A stretch of 64,000 nucleotides of DNA from a virus (IMGVR_UViG_3300032240_001498:1-64000), one strand, 5' to 3'; shown: positions 1-8,057, numbered from the stretch's first letter. The notes: generated from the letters alone by a model not told the origin. A program made the numbers and translations.

Positions 1-1
1 A

Positions 2-337
2 GTTAGCAAAAAACTAAAATTTGTTGAGACACGAGTAGAAGACGACACTACTAACACGGAGTACAAGTGTAAAGTAAAAGTACAGTTAGCTGGCGACAGC
101 ATATGGGACTGCAACTTAAAGACAGTTACTATTACGGAAATTTGCATTAGCGAAACAGACTGGGGTGATGGCGATACTGGCATACACATAGGCGTTGTAC
201 ACACAGGTGGTGACGAGAGCTGGCGTATATACACAGACAGCGGTTTTGAAGCGGCTGTTAGCGAGCTATTAGGGACTGATGTATGCTTTACGGAGCAGGG
301 AATGCAAGACGACGGCTACGCGAGCATGGAGTTGTAA
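2..337 (+). CDS. 5'-truncated hypothetical phage protein (missing from ORF track)
   Basis: Frame 2 is open from the window edge to TAA at 335-337 (VSKKLKFVE...IYTDSGFE...FTEQGMQDDGYASMEL*). Confidence 0.8.
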   Translation, partial: VSKKLKFVETRVEDDTTNTEYKCKVKVQLAGDSIWDCNLKTVTITEICISETDWGDGDTGIHIGVVHTGGDESWRIYTDSGFEAAVSELLGTDVCFTEQGMQDDGYASMEL

Positions 338-375
338 TTACGCAACAAAGACCCTACTAACACTAGGGTCTTTGG

Positions 376-404
376 TTGACAAATGGTAAAACTTGTGCTA
401 TAAT
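376..404 (+). promoter_or_regulatory. sigma70-type early promoter
   Basis: TTGACA 376-381, 17 nt, TATAAT 399-404; 10-bp hairpin upstream (347-356/364-373); AAGGAG before ATG 431. Confidence 0.9.
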
Positions 405-430
405 ATACACATACACTAAAGGAGCGACAC

Positions 431-628
431 ATGTACAACATCGTAGAAAACCCGATTCCACGCAGTGGATTGTTCGTAACACAGACTCTCGGCGAGATCC
501 AGGACATGATTGAATCTATGCCTGCCAAGCAAAGGGCAGATGCCTATCTGATCATGCAGTTGACGCTAAACTCATGTCATCAGTTGGTAGAGGACGAGAT
601 CCTGTCTAAAGAAATATTCGCTGGCTAA
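431..628 (+). CDS. hypothetical early protein
   Basis: Follows promoter and strong SD. Confidence 0.8.
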   Translation: MYNIVENPIPRSGLFVTQTLGEIQDMIESMPAKQRADAYLIMQLTLNSCHQLVEDEILSKEIFAG

Positions 629-683
629 GATTACTGTCTCCCTGGGTTAACCGATGATAAGCTACCTTGTAGCATCCCAGGGG

Positions 684-712
684 TTGACAGTATTGGTAAA
701 ACCTGTTATACT
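684..712 (+). promoter_or_regulatory. sigma70-type early promoter
   Basis: TTGACA 684-689, 17 nt, TATACT 707-712; stem CCCTGGG 640-646/CCCAGGG 676-682 upstream. Confidence 0.9.
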
Positions 713-740
713 ACACACTTAAACACTAAAGGAGCTTGAA

Positions 741-1082
741 ATGGGATTTTTTACAGACACGCAGTTTGATTCATCGGCCGATATGCTGGACGCCATCAAC
801 GAAGTGGTGAGCCGTCATGTGCAGGGTATGCGTAAAGAGCCTGCAAGCCGTTTGGGACTTGACGACCGTTGCGGTATGTTGTATGTTGATGAAGACACAA
901 TCGTATCGTACACAGGCTCGCGCTTGGACTACTACGGTGGCTTCGAATATATCAAAGAGGGCGAGGGTCGCACTACATTGGGCGAGTTTACTTTCTACAC
1001 AACAGAGAGCGACCGCGTTGCAGACGCTATTGAAAATCTTATGGAGTTCGACGGCGAGTGCGAAAGTGAGGACGCACAATGA
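741..1082 (+). CDS. hypothetical acidic early protein
   Basis: Promoter plus AAGGAG SD; ATGA overlap with next ORF. Confidence 0.85.
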   Translation: MGFFTDTQFDSSADMLDAINEVVSRHVQGMRKEPASRLGLDDRCGMLYVDEDTIVSYTGSRLDYYGGFEYIKEGEGRTTLGEFTFYTTESDRVADAIENLMEFDGECESEDAQ

Positions 1083-1294
1083 AAGCTATCGTTGAGGGGC
1101 AAGAGGTCACTGTAGGAGACTGCGTGGGCTTCAAGTCAGACATCGAGCAGTCGGGTGTGATCGTAGAGATCAAGAAGACTGTCTGCTTTGGGGTTGCCCT
1201 TGTGCTAGAGAACAAGCACGGCTTCTCTGGGGACTACATTGGTGGGGACACAATAACCACACAGTTAGCCAGGGATTGTTGGATCGATGGTTGA
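1079..1294 (+). CDS. hypothetical protein
   Basis: ATGA-coupled to upstream gene; its TGA stop lies inside the next promoter's TTGACA. Confidence 0.8.
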   Translation: MKAIVEGQEVTVGDCVGFKSDIEQSGVIVEIKKTVCFGVALVLENKHGFSGDYIGGDTITTQLARDCWIDG

Positions 1295-1319
1295 CAAGAT
1301 GGTAAATCGGTGCTATACT
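1291..1319 (+). promoter_or_regulatory. sigma70-type early promoter
   Basis: TTGACA 1291-1296, 17 nt, TATACT 1314-1319. Confidence 0.9.
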
Positions 1320-1346
1320 ATACACTTAAACACTTAAGGAGCTGAA

Positions 1347-1835
1347 ATGGGTACACGAAGCATGATTGGTATTGAGAATCCAAATACCAAAGGCGTTAAG
1401 GCAATCTACTGCCACTGGGATGGTTACTTGCAACACAACGGCGCTATCCTCAACGAGCACTATGCCGCAAGCCCTAAGGTCAACAATTTGATCGCGCTAG
1501 GCGACATGAGTTCCTTGCGCCCAGAGATTGGGGAGAAGCACGCCTTCAGCGAGTTTGAATTGCGGGCTGAAGAAGTAGCAGGTTATAAACTGTTGACTGA
1601 GAACTGGTGTACATTTTACCAACGCGATCGCGGCGAGACTGCTCCTTACAAGGCGTTCAATACAGCCAAAGAGGCAGTAGAGCATTACGATCACTGCGGT
1701 GCTGAGTACTTCTACTTGTTCCGCTATGATCCAGACTTGAACACTGGCAAGTGGTTCTACAAGAAGGGTAGTGCTGGCGCTTGGAAGCGTTTGAGCACAG
1801 CGTTGTCTAAGATCAAAGAAGAGGAGTTCGCATGA
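1347..1835 (+). CDS. conserved hypothetical phage protein (MGTRS...IYCHWDGY type)
   Basis: N-terminal motif recalled from many phage early genes; strong SD. Confidence 0.85.
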   Translation: MGTRSMIGIENPNTKGVKAIYCHWDGYLQHNGAILNEHYAASPKVNNLIALGDMSSLRPEIGEKHAFSEFELRAEEVAGYKLLTENWCTFYQRDRGETAPYKAFNTAKEAVEHYDHCGAEYFYLFRYDPDLNTGKWFYKKGSAGAWKRLSTALSKIKEEEFA

Positions 1836-2041
1836 AGAAGGTCATTGTACGCACACAGCTCTATCAAGAACTTGAAGTGCCTGAGTCGTGGGATCGATAC
1901 GATGTATACGACTTCCTAGCAGAGCATCAGTCGTTCCGTGGAGCCTTTCAAGGTGCAGGTAACGAAGAAGCCCGTATCGTCGATCTTGGCGTTACGGAAG
2001 AAACAGTAACAGAAATGGGCGAGGAGGCCTTTGATGAGTAA
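1832..2041 (+). CDS. hypothetical protein
   Basis: ATGA overlap with upstream gene. Confidence 0.75.
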   Translation: MKKVIVRTQLYQELEVPESWDRYDVYDFLAEHQSFRGAFQGAGNEEARIVDLGVTEETVTEMGEEAFDE

Positions 2042-2099
2042 AGTAATCGAATGGATGGTTCAACAACTACTAAAGGAACAAAATGAGCGCGATGAGTGA
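2034..2099 (+). CDS. 21-aa micro-ORF (MSKVIEWMVQQLLKEQNERDE)
   Basis: GAGGAGG at 2021-2027, ATG 2034, TGA 2097-2099; overlaps both neighbours. Confidence 0.5.
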   Translation: MSKVIEWMVQQLLKEQNERDE

Positions 2100-2265
2100 T
2101 CTAGCATATGATATCGAACAGCTATACATCGAGGGTTATAGTCCTAAGACTATCGCGGCGATGTTGAGTTGCCCAATCGAGCAGGTCTACGGATGGCTTG
2201 AGTCAAACAATGTGGCAGAAACGCCACAAGATGAGTTTGATCCCTACCAAACAATGAACAGTTAG
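2083..2265 (+). CDS. small hypothetical protein, possible HTH
   Basis: SD AAAGGA; GYSPKTIAAMLSCPIEQVYGWL resembles an HTH. Confidence 0.7.
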   Translation: MSAMSDLAYDIEQLYIEGYSPKTIAAMLSCPIEQVYGWLESNNVAETPQDEFDPYQTMNS

Positions 2266-2268
2266 GGG

Positions 2269-2297
2269 TTGACATTTGGATAGCTTGGTGCTATACT
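2269..2297 (+). promoter_or_regulatory. sigma70-type early promoter
   Basis: TTGACA 2269-2274, 17 nt, TATACT 2292-2297. Confidence 0.85.
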
Positions 2298-2350
2298 ATT
2301 AACAGTTAGAGATAGTTCTAACGCATTTTTACACACAGAAGGAGTTAGTT

Positions 2351-2752
2351 ATGTCAGTTTTTTCACATGCAGGTGTTTCTAAGTTGGACGGTCAGTTCAA
2401 GGTTCGTTTTGCCAATGACGTGATGCGTCAAAAGGTCTTGATCAAGAATGGTCACACTGATATCGATATCATTGAGTTGAAGAACCCAATGACCAAAGAA
2501 GATGCAGTTGCCTTCCTGTTGTCGATTGATTTCGATAACGGCAACAAGGCAGTTCGTGCCGCTCTTGAGGAAGCCGCTGGTAAGCGAGCTCCCAAAGCAT
2601 CTAAGCCTGCAAAGGCACCTAAGGCTAAGGTCTCTAAGCCTGTTGCTAAGGCAACGAAGACTCCGGTAGCGAAGACTACCAAAGCGCAGGTGCAGACTCA
2701 AGCGCAGGCAGTTAAGGCTGTGATCGCTGAGTTGGAAGACGCACCTTTCTAA
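2351..2752 (+). CDS. hypothetical protein with basic K/A/P-rich histone-like tail
   Basis: C-terminal PKASKPAKAPKAKVSKPVAKATK; SD GAAGGAG. Confidence 0.8.
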   Translation: MSVFSHAGVSKLDGQFKVRFANDVMRQKVLIKNGHTDIDIIELKNPMTKEDAVAFLLSIDFDNGNKAVRAALEEAAGKRAPKASKPAKAPKAKVSKPVAKATKTPVAKTTKAQVQTQAQAVKAVIAELEDAPF

Positions 2753-2812
2753 ACGCAAGTGCCGTGGCGAGGGCCAACGAGAGAGCCCTCACTAATTTTT
2801 CAAAGGATGTCT

Positions 2813-2998
2813 ATGTTTAAGATTCTCAGTTTGGTTGCCTTAGCGATTGTGATTGTGGCCGTTGGCCCGCTGTTGACGATCTGGGCCTTCAATACCTTAT
2901 TCCCAAGTTCTGCTGTGGCCTATAGCCTGGAGACTTGGTTTGCTGTGGTTGTTCTAGGAGCTTTCTTCCGTGCCAATGTTTCAGTCAAAAAGTCCTAA
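2813..2998 (+). CDS. small two-TM membrane protein
   Basis: Two hydrophobic stretches; start moved to ATG 2813 after AAGGA. Confidence 0.7.
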   Translation: MFKILSLVALAIVIVAVGPLLTIWAFNTLFPSSAVAYSLETWFAVVVLGAFFRANVSVKKS

Positions 2999-3419
2999 GA
3001 CAGAATACGTTGCCCTAGTGGCCAAGGACTGGCGCGATGCTGGTCCCGAGATTCAGCGACTAGGAGAGCGTATTGATGCAGTCCGTAGAACCATTGCTCA
3101 GCTGAACAAGCGCAAGCAGAAGTGGGCTCTACGTCAATGGAAAGAAACAGAAGCACTCCTAGTTCGTCGTTGGAAGATCGCAGTCGATCTACAGCATTGT
3201 GGCGCCAAAGAGTTCAGCCCTGTTGCCAACACAGCGACCTACAATATCGACTATGATTGGTTTGAGAAGAGCGAAGAGATCGGTGGGATCCCTTTCTTTG
3301 ACAACATCACCTACTGGTGCGTAGAGAAGTTTGGTATTACCGGCCGCCCTAGCCTAGACTGGAGTTGGGAAAGAGCGATGGAGCAAAAAGTCCAAAAGGC
3401 TAGACAAGGCGTCGCATAG
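2970..3419 (+). CDS. hypothetical protein (start uncertain)
   Basis: 149-aa ORF in the early array. Confidence 0.65.
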   Translation: MPMFQSKSPKTEYVALVAKDWRDAGPEIQRLGERIDAVRRTIAQLNKRKQKWALRQWKETEALLVRRWKIAVDLQHCGAKEFSPVANTATYNIDYDWFEKSEEIGGIPFFDNITYWCVEKFGITGRPSLDWSWERAMEQKVQKARQGVA

Positions 3420-3429
3420 GTGCTATAAT
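3401..3429 (+). promoter_or_regulatory. sigma70-type promoter embedded in upstream CDS end
   Basis: TAGACA 3401-3406, 17 nt, TATAAT 3424-3429. Confidence 0.75.
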
Positions 3430-3472
3430 TTATAAATGCTGGAGAACAGCACAATACAGAGGAAACATAAAA

Positions 3473-3742
3473 ATGAAAAGAGTTAATCTAGAAACCAAAA
3501 CTGGTAAGGTATTTCAAGCATTGCAAGCTGGCAAGAAGTTGACTGCCTCACAAGCCAAGAAGATGGGCATCGGCAATATCGCCGCAGAAGCAAGCCGTCT
3601 TCGCCAAGCTGGCTACGCAATCTATGCCAACACACGTACCGCTGGTAACGGTGTTGATGTAACAGAATACGAGTTGGGTAAGCCATCTCGTCAAATCGTT
3701 GCTTTAGGTTACAAAGCCAAAGCAATGGGTATCACGCTCTAA
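3473..3742 (+). CDS. winged helix-turn-helix DNA-binding protein
   Basis: LQAGKKLTASQA..GIGNIAAEASRLRQAGYAIY...YELG pattern typical of T4-like phage wHTH proteins. Confidence 0.75.
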   Translation: MKRVNLETKTGKVFQALQAGKKLTASQAKKMGIGNIAAEASRLRQAGYAIYANTRTAGNGVDVTEYELGKPSRQIVALGYKAKAMGITL

Positions 3743-3754
3743 AGAGTCGCTCCA

Positions 3755-3829
3755 AGTCCCGGGGGTAGTGTCCCGGGCAACCCCCCCGAGTCCCGACCCG
3801 CTGTGAAGCGCCGTTGGGACTCACCTTTT
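3755..3829 (+). ncRNA. candidate structured RNA or complex terminator
   Basis: 10-bp stem 3788-3797/3813-3822 capped by CGCT-GTGA-AGCG (GNRA loop), plus upstream G/C stems and a CTTTT tail. Confidence 0.4.
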
Positions 3830-3866
3830 GTGGCTAAAATACAACAAAAATAATCACAGATTTCGG

Positions 3867-3895
3867 TTGACATTTGGTTAAACCGGCCGTATAAT
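3867..3895 (+). promoter_or_regulatory. sigma70-type early promoter
   Basis: TTGACA 3867-3872, 17 nt, TATAAT 3890-3895. Confidence 0.9.
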
Positions 3896-3926
3896 ATACA
3901 CATACACTAAGCAAACAGGAGCTCAT

Positions 3927-4286
3927 ATGAAACTGCACATCACTACACAATACATGGAAAACTATGGTGCCCACGATTGGGACGGTACAGGTGCTTGCCC
4001 CCAGTACTGGAAGTTCAAAGGCGGTGAGGACTATTTCTATCAGCTGGGCAACGAAACCCCTAGCGCAGAGCACCTCGCTGAGTTGATCACTGTTCTCCGC
4101 CCTCGCTTTGAATACGACAACGAAGCGGCCCGCAACTACATGGTAGGCTACGGTGTGGTCGCTGATGACTACATGACAGAGTATGAGCAGAGCCAGTTGG
4201 AATACGAAGGTCGTGTGATCTATCCTGCTGTGATGCTGGCGCCTTTGGCAGAAGTGGCGCCTGAGTTTGCCTACTTTGGAGCCTAA
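3927..4286 (+). CDS. conserved hypothetical phage protein
   Basis: TQYMENYGAHDWDG...QYWKFKGG motif; SD CAGGAG. Confidence 0.85.
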   Translation: MKLHITTQYMENYGAHDWDGTGACPQYWKFKGGEDYFYQLGNETPSAEHLAELITVLRPRFEYDNEAARNYMVGYGVVADDYMTEYEQSQLEYEGRVIYPAVMLAPLAEVAPEFAYFGA

Positions 4287-4287
4287 C

Positions 4288-4473
4288 ATGATCCGTGTCG
4301 ATTCCCGCCTCAACGAACTAGAAGTCATGGTAGTGGCAGATCACCTAGAAAAGAAGGGTGTCAAGAGCTATGAGCTCCTCCAGGGCAACCGTTGTATTTG
4401 GGCCACATACGGCTTGATCAACGAATACTACATCTTTTCGAAGGGTCAATTGGTTGACATTCAGATAGATTGA
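4288..4473 (+). CDS. hypothetical protein
   Basis: ATG 4288 directly after upstream TAA. Confidence 0.7.
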   Translation: MIRVDSRLNELEVMVVADHLEKKGVKSYELLQGNRCIWATYGLINEYYIFSKGQLVDIQID

Positions 4474-4482
4474 CCGTACAAT
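4454..4482 (+). promoter_or_regulatory. sigma70-type promoter embedded in upstream CDS end
   Basis: TTGACA 4454-4459, 17 nt, TACAAT 4477-4482. Confidence 0.85.
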
Positions 4483-4512
4483 ACATACTTAAACACTTAA
4501 AAGGAGCGATAG

Positions 4513-4836
4513 ATGATTACAGCAGACGTTATCAAAGCAGGTAAGGTTTTGGCAGAGCAAGCAGGCCGCGCAGAGTACGCCAAGTGGGGCGGTGATGGCG
4601 GTTGCTGTGGTTTTGCTTGGGTTGAGGTCTACGTGGACCGTACCAACTCTAAGCAGGCCCAGGAGTTGATCAAAGCAGGCTTCCGCAAGGACTACAAACC
4701 CAAATGCTTGAGCATGTGGGATCCAGCTGGCTTGCCAGTGCAGAACATCGACATCAAAGAAGCCGGTGCCTATGCCTATGCCAACTATCTGCAGGCACTG
4801 GGTTTGAAGGCCTACGCTGGCTCGAGGATGGACTAA
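4513..4836 (+). CDS. conserved hypothetical phage protein (CGFAWV...SRMD type)
   Basis: Motif recalled from diverse phages; strong SD. Confidence 0.85.
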   Translation: MITADVIKAGKVLAEQAGRAEYAKWGGDGGCCGFAWVEVYVDRTNSKQAQELIKAGFRKDYKPKCLSMWDPAGLPVQNIDIKEAGAYAYANYLQALGLKAYAGSRMD

Positions 4837-5060
4837 TGAGCAAGGTCCAGATCGAGGGCCTTAACAACCGTCAGCGAGCCATCGCTGATGTGTTGTGGAT
4901 GATGCAGAGCCGGACAGAAGTTGAAGCATTCGTCCGGGCGCTTCATCCTAGCATGCGGGCCGATGCAGAGACCGTGGTAGAGATGATGATGTTGGCGGTG
5001 TGGGATGACATAGACACCGTGGACGAATCCACTAAATTAATGCTTGACAATCTCAAGTAA
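4836..5060 (+). CDS. hypothetical protein
   Basis: TAATG overlap at 4834-4838 fixes the start. Confidence 0.75.
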   Translation: MSKVQIEGLNNRQRAIADVLWMMQSRTEVEAFVRALHPSMRADAETVVEMMMLAVWDDIDTVDESTKLMLDNLK

Positions 5061-5072
5061 AGACCGTATAAT
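5044..5072 (+). promoter_or_regulatory. sigma70-type promoter embedded in upstream CDS end
   Basis: TTGACA 5044-5049, 17 nt, TATAAT 5067-5072. Confidence 0.9.
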
Positions 5073-5103
5073 ACACATTTAACACACAGAAAAGGACTAA
5101 CAA

Positions 5104-5976
5104 ATGGCTACAGCAAAAGCAAAGAAGGCGATGCCCGCAACCAATCTCTTGGAGTTTGATGCAGAAGCTATCAAGCTTCGTGAGCGCGAAGTTGCTAAAG
5201 AAACTGATGAGCAGATCATCACACGATTGGGCGAGCGTTTTGCTATCCTCACTGAGATGACCAAAGCTGTCAAGAGCGGTGATGTACGTGCTATGATCGT
5301 GTCAGGCCCTCCAGGTGTTGGCAAGAGCTTTGGTGTAGAAGAAGTACTTACCAAGGACGACTTGTTCAATGTTCTAGGCGAGCGCAAGCCACGTTATGAG
5401 ATCGTTAAGGGTGCCATGAGCTCCATTGGACTCTACGCTAAACTCTACGAGTACAGCGATGCCAAGAACGTTATCGTATTCGATGACTGCGACTCAATCC
5501 TTATGGAAGACCTTAGCTTGAACATTCTCAAGGGTGCCCTAGACTCATCCAAGAAGCGAGTTATCCAGTGGAACACTGACAGCCGCTTGCTCCGCAGTGA
5601 AGGCATCCCAGACAAGTTCGAGTTCAAGGGTGCGGCTATCTTTATTACCAACATCAAGTTCGAGCATGTCAAGAGCAAGCGACTGCGCGATCACTTGGAT
5701 GCACTAGAGAGCCGTTGCCACTACATTGATCTGCAGATGGACACAGAGCGTGAGAAGATCCTGCGCATCAAGCAAGTGGTTACGGATGCAGGTATGCTGG
5801 ATCACTATGAGTTCGAGCCCATCCAGAAGGACGAGATCGTAGAGTTCATTGACGCTAACAAGAGCAAGCTTCGTGAGCTGAGCCTGCGCATGGTACTCAA
5901 GATAGCAGACCTCCGCAAGAGCTTTCCAATGAACTGGAAGGCCATGGCTGAGACTACCTGTATGCGGAGAGCCTAA
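5104..5976 (+). CDS. AAA-like P-loop ATPase
   Basis: Walker A GPPGVGKS, Walker B IVFDDCD, putative arginine finger ALESRC. Confidence 0.85.
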   Translation: MATAKAKKAMPATNLLEFDAEAIKLREREVAKETDEQIITRLGERFAILTEMTKAVKSGDVRAMIVSGPPGVGKSFGVEEVLTKDDLFNVLGERKPRYEIVKGAMSSIGLYAKLYEYSDAKNVIVFDDCDSILMEDLSLNILKGALDSSKKRVIQWNTDSRLLRSEGIPDKFEFKGAAIFITNIKFEHVKSKRLRDHLDALESRCHYIDLQMDTEREKILRIKQVVTDAGMLDHYEFEPIQKDEIVEFIDANKSKLRELSLRMVLKIADLRKSFPMNWKAMAETTCMRRA

Positions 5977-6302
5977 TGTACACAGACCACAGCGATCGCA
6001 TTGCGCTCAAGCAGTACGGCTGTACATACCTTGGGCCCACATACGATGCACGTACACACAGGGGGCCCAGCCCCTACTGTGGCTCGCATGATCTAGTACA
6101 AGGCACGCTCTACTGTACTACACACTACGAGCAGATGTACGTAAAGGGTAGCGCATTGCGTAAGCGCACTAAGGATCAGCGTAGGGCCAATGCTATCCGT
6201 GAACTGATGTCAGACTTCAATGCGGCCCTAGAGGAGTTGGAGTCAGAAGGCTTTGATGTCTATGCACCTAGTGACATGAAGGAGCTGGATCAAGAGCTCT
6301 GA
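5976..6302 (+). CDS. hypothetical protein with Cys/His cluster
   Basis: TAATG coupling; C..PYCG...YCTTH. Confidence 0.75.
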   Translation: MYTDHSDRIALKQYGCTYLGPTYDARTHRGPSPYCGSHDLVQGTLYCTTHYEQMYVKGSALRKRTKDQRRANAIRELMSDFNAALEELESEGFDVYAPSDMKELDQEL

Positions 6303-6474
6303 GGCGAGGTGGCCGGGGTGCCCAGGGGGGTGGCCGGCCACTGGTGCATGCATAGTGTTGCGCACAAGCAACAAGCATGCCGTAAATTGGTAAAATCACC
6401 CCCCAGTTAGATGGGATCACCAGGGGCCGAGATCTTGACCACCATGAGAATTTTGCGCTAGAATTTTTTATCGT

Positions 6475-6499
6475 AAAAAAGCCCTCTCTAGGAAGGGCT
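6475..6499 (-). terminator. intrinsic terminator
   Basis: Minus strand AGCCCT-TCCTAGAG-AGGGCT followed by a T run. Confidence 0.75.
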
Positions 6500-6551
6500 A
6501 AGGATTCGGGCATGTCCCGTATAGTACGTCAACAGTGATTGCTTAGAAGAT

Positions 6552-6611
6552 CTATAGCGTTGCCGCCGGTGGATTCTCTAAATGGAGTAGCTTCTTAGCT
6601 CGTTTATACAT
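6552..6611 (-). CDS. 19-aa micro-ORF MYKRAKKLLHLENPPAATL
   Basis: GAGGAG SD (6619-6624) 7 nt before ATG; terminator downstream. Confidence 0.5.
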   Translation of the reverse strand: MYKRAKKLLHLENPPAATL

Positions 6612-6722
6612 AGTATATCTCCTCTGTTGTAATAATAGTTATCGCACTCTTGATAAAACCACCTCTTATGGGCTAATTCAAGATCAAAAATTTTTTTGCG
6701 CAATTTTTTTAAATATCGCTAT

Positions 6723-6953
6723 ATGATTCCCGCTACTCGTCAATACTACGTACTCAATCAAGATCCCCGTGCCGCAGAAGTGTTCGCATTTATCTCCCAG
6801 CATAAACTTCAAGTTGAAATCCACGCTCGTCGCACACGTTTTTGGGTTCCCACTGATTGCAGTATCTACACAGAGTTTGCCATTCGCTTCTCAGACACCT
6901 GTCCAGAAGTCACAGAATCACCAGACAACTACGCTACGGGTAGAGATGATTGA
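6723..6953 (+). CDS. hypothetical protein
   Basis: TAAATA 6710-6715 precedes ATG 6723. Confidence 0.7.
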   Translation: MIPATRQYYVLNQDPRAAEVFAFISQHKLQVEIHARRTRFWVPTDCSIYTEFAIRFSDTCPEVTESPDNYATGRDD

Positions 6954-7506
6954 TTTCACTCTAGTCATTGATTCAGCTCTAACCCATGATCAGTGTGATC
7001 AGCTGATAGCACAAGCTGAGTCAGCTGGATTAAGTTCTAAGCATCTGGCTACGCATCTACACTATCGTCACTATGACTTCCCATCCGTTCACCCCGTACT
7101 CACTGATTTAAATGCTCGTTGTCTAAGTGCCTATACCGCTGAATTTCCACAACTACTCTATATAGACAATGGGCTGGAGTTCAGTCCTTGGCGTTTCAAG
7201 CATTTTCCACCCACTTATGCGTTTGATCGTTGGCACAGTGAACATAATCTAGCTGTAGCACATCGTGTACTGTGCGTAATCGTATATTTGTCAGATAATC
7301 GCTGTGGCACAGAGTTCATGCATGATTCTACAGTTATAGAGTCACGTAAGGGTCGTGCTGTAGTGTTTCCTACATTCTGGACACATACTCATAGAGGACA
7401 GCTAGATCCACTCAAGCTAGATCGCTATATCATGAGCACCTATGCACACTTTGTACCCACTAACTCAGAATGGGTCAAGTCAAATCCTACGAAAATCATC
7501 TTATAG
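6946..7506 (+). CDS. 2OG-Fe(II) oxygenase
   Basis: WHSE...VIVYLSD...GTEF...VFPTFWTHTHRG double-stranded beta-helix motifs; start moved to 6946. Confidence 0.8.
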   Translation: MIDFTLVIDSALTHDQCDQLIAQAESAGLSSKHLATHLHYRHYDFPSVHPVLTDLNARCLSAYTAEFPQLLYIDNGLEFSPWRFKHFPPTYAFDRWHSEHNLAVAHRVLCVIVYLSDNRCGTEFMHDSTVIESRKGRAVVFPTFWTHTHRGQLDPLKLDRYIMSTYAHFVPTNSEWVKSNPTKIIL

Positions 7507-7519
7507 TCTAAATAAGTGT

Positions 7520-7750
7520 ATGACACGCTTGTACACTTATCATATCATAAAGCAGACACTTAAATTTGCACCTTGCCCACTATTTGTGCTAGGGTTCGTA
7601 TACAGTCTATTTCAATCTAGCGCAGTATGTGGATTGTCAGATCACTCTATGACTTGCATGTGGGCTCTAATGGCTCTAGCACATGCCCTACCATATGTAC
7701 AATACTGGGAAGTTAGTCGTTGTCCAAAAGGCTGTGGTTGTAGCGATTAA
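7520..7750 (+). CDS. small membrane protein
   Basis: TAAATA-N5-ATG start; hydrophobic segments. Confidence 0.6.
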   Translation: MTRLYTYHIIKQTLKFAPCPLFVLGFVYSLFQSSAVCGLSDHSMTCMWALMALAHALPYVQYWEVSRCPKGCGCSD

Positions 7751-7775
7751 TTTGTAATCTAGTTTAAATATCAGT

Positions 7776-8057
7776 ATGGGAAACAGCCTGTACTTACCGG
7801 GCAAGATGTACTTGCCAGATCTACACGCATTTGACTATGTGGCATCAGCTCCATGGCCGGGCTGTGACTGTGACCATCAAATAGACTGGGTTGACAGCAT
7901 CCTAATCCTAGAGTCTTGGTTGGAACAGTATGTGGGCAGTCACTACTCACACTGGGCCTATCACAACATGGGATGGGGATTGAAACCGGGCTATTGCAGT
8001 CTGGCATTTCGTCGGGCGCCAGATCGTACTCTATTCCTACTGCGCTGGGCTAATTAG
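7776..8057 (+). CDS. hypothetical protein
   Basis: TAAATA-N5-ATG. Confidence 0.75.
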   Translation: MGNSLYLPGKMYLPDLHAFDYVASAPWPGCDCDHQIDWVDSILILESWLEQYVGSHYSHWAYHNMGWGLKPGYCSLAFRRAPDRTLFLLRWAN

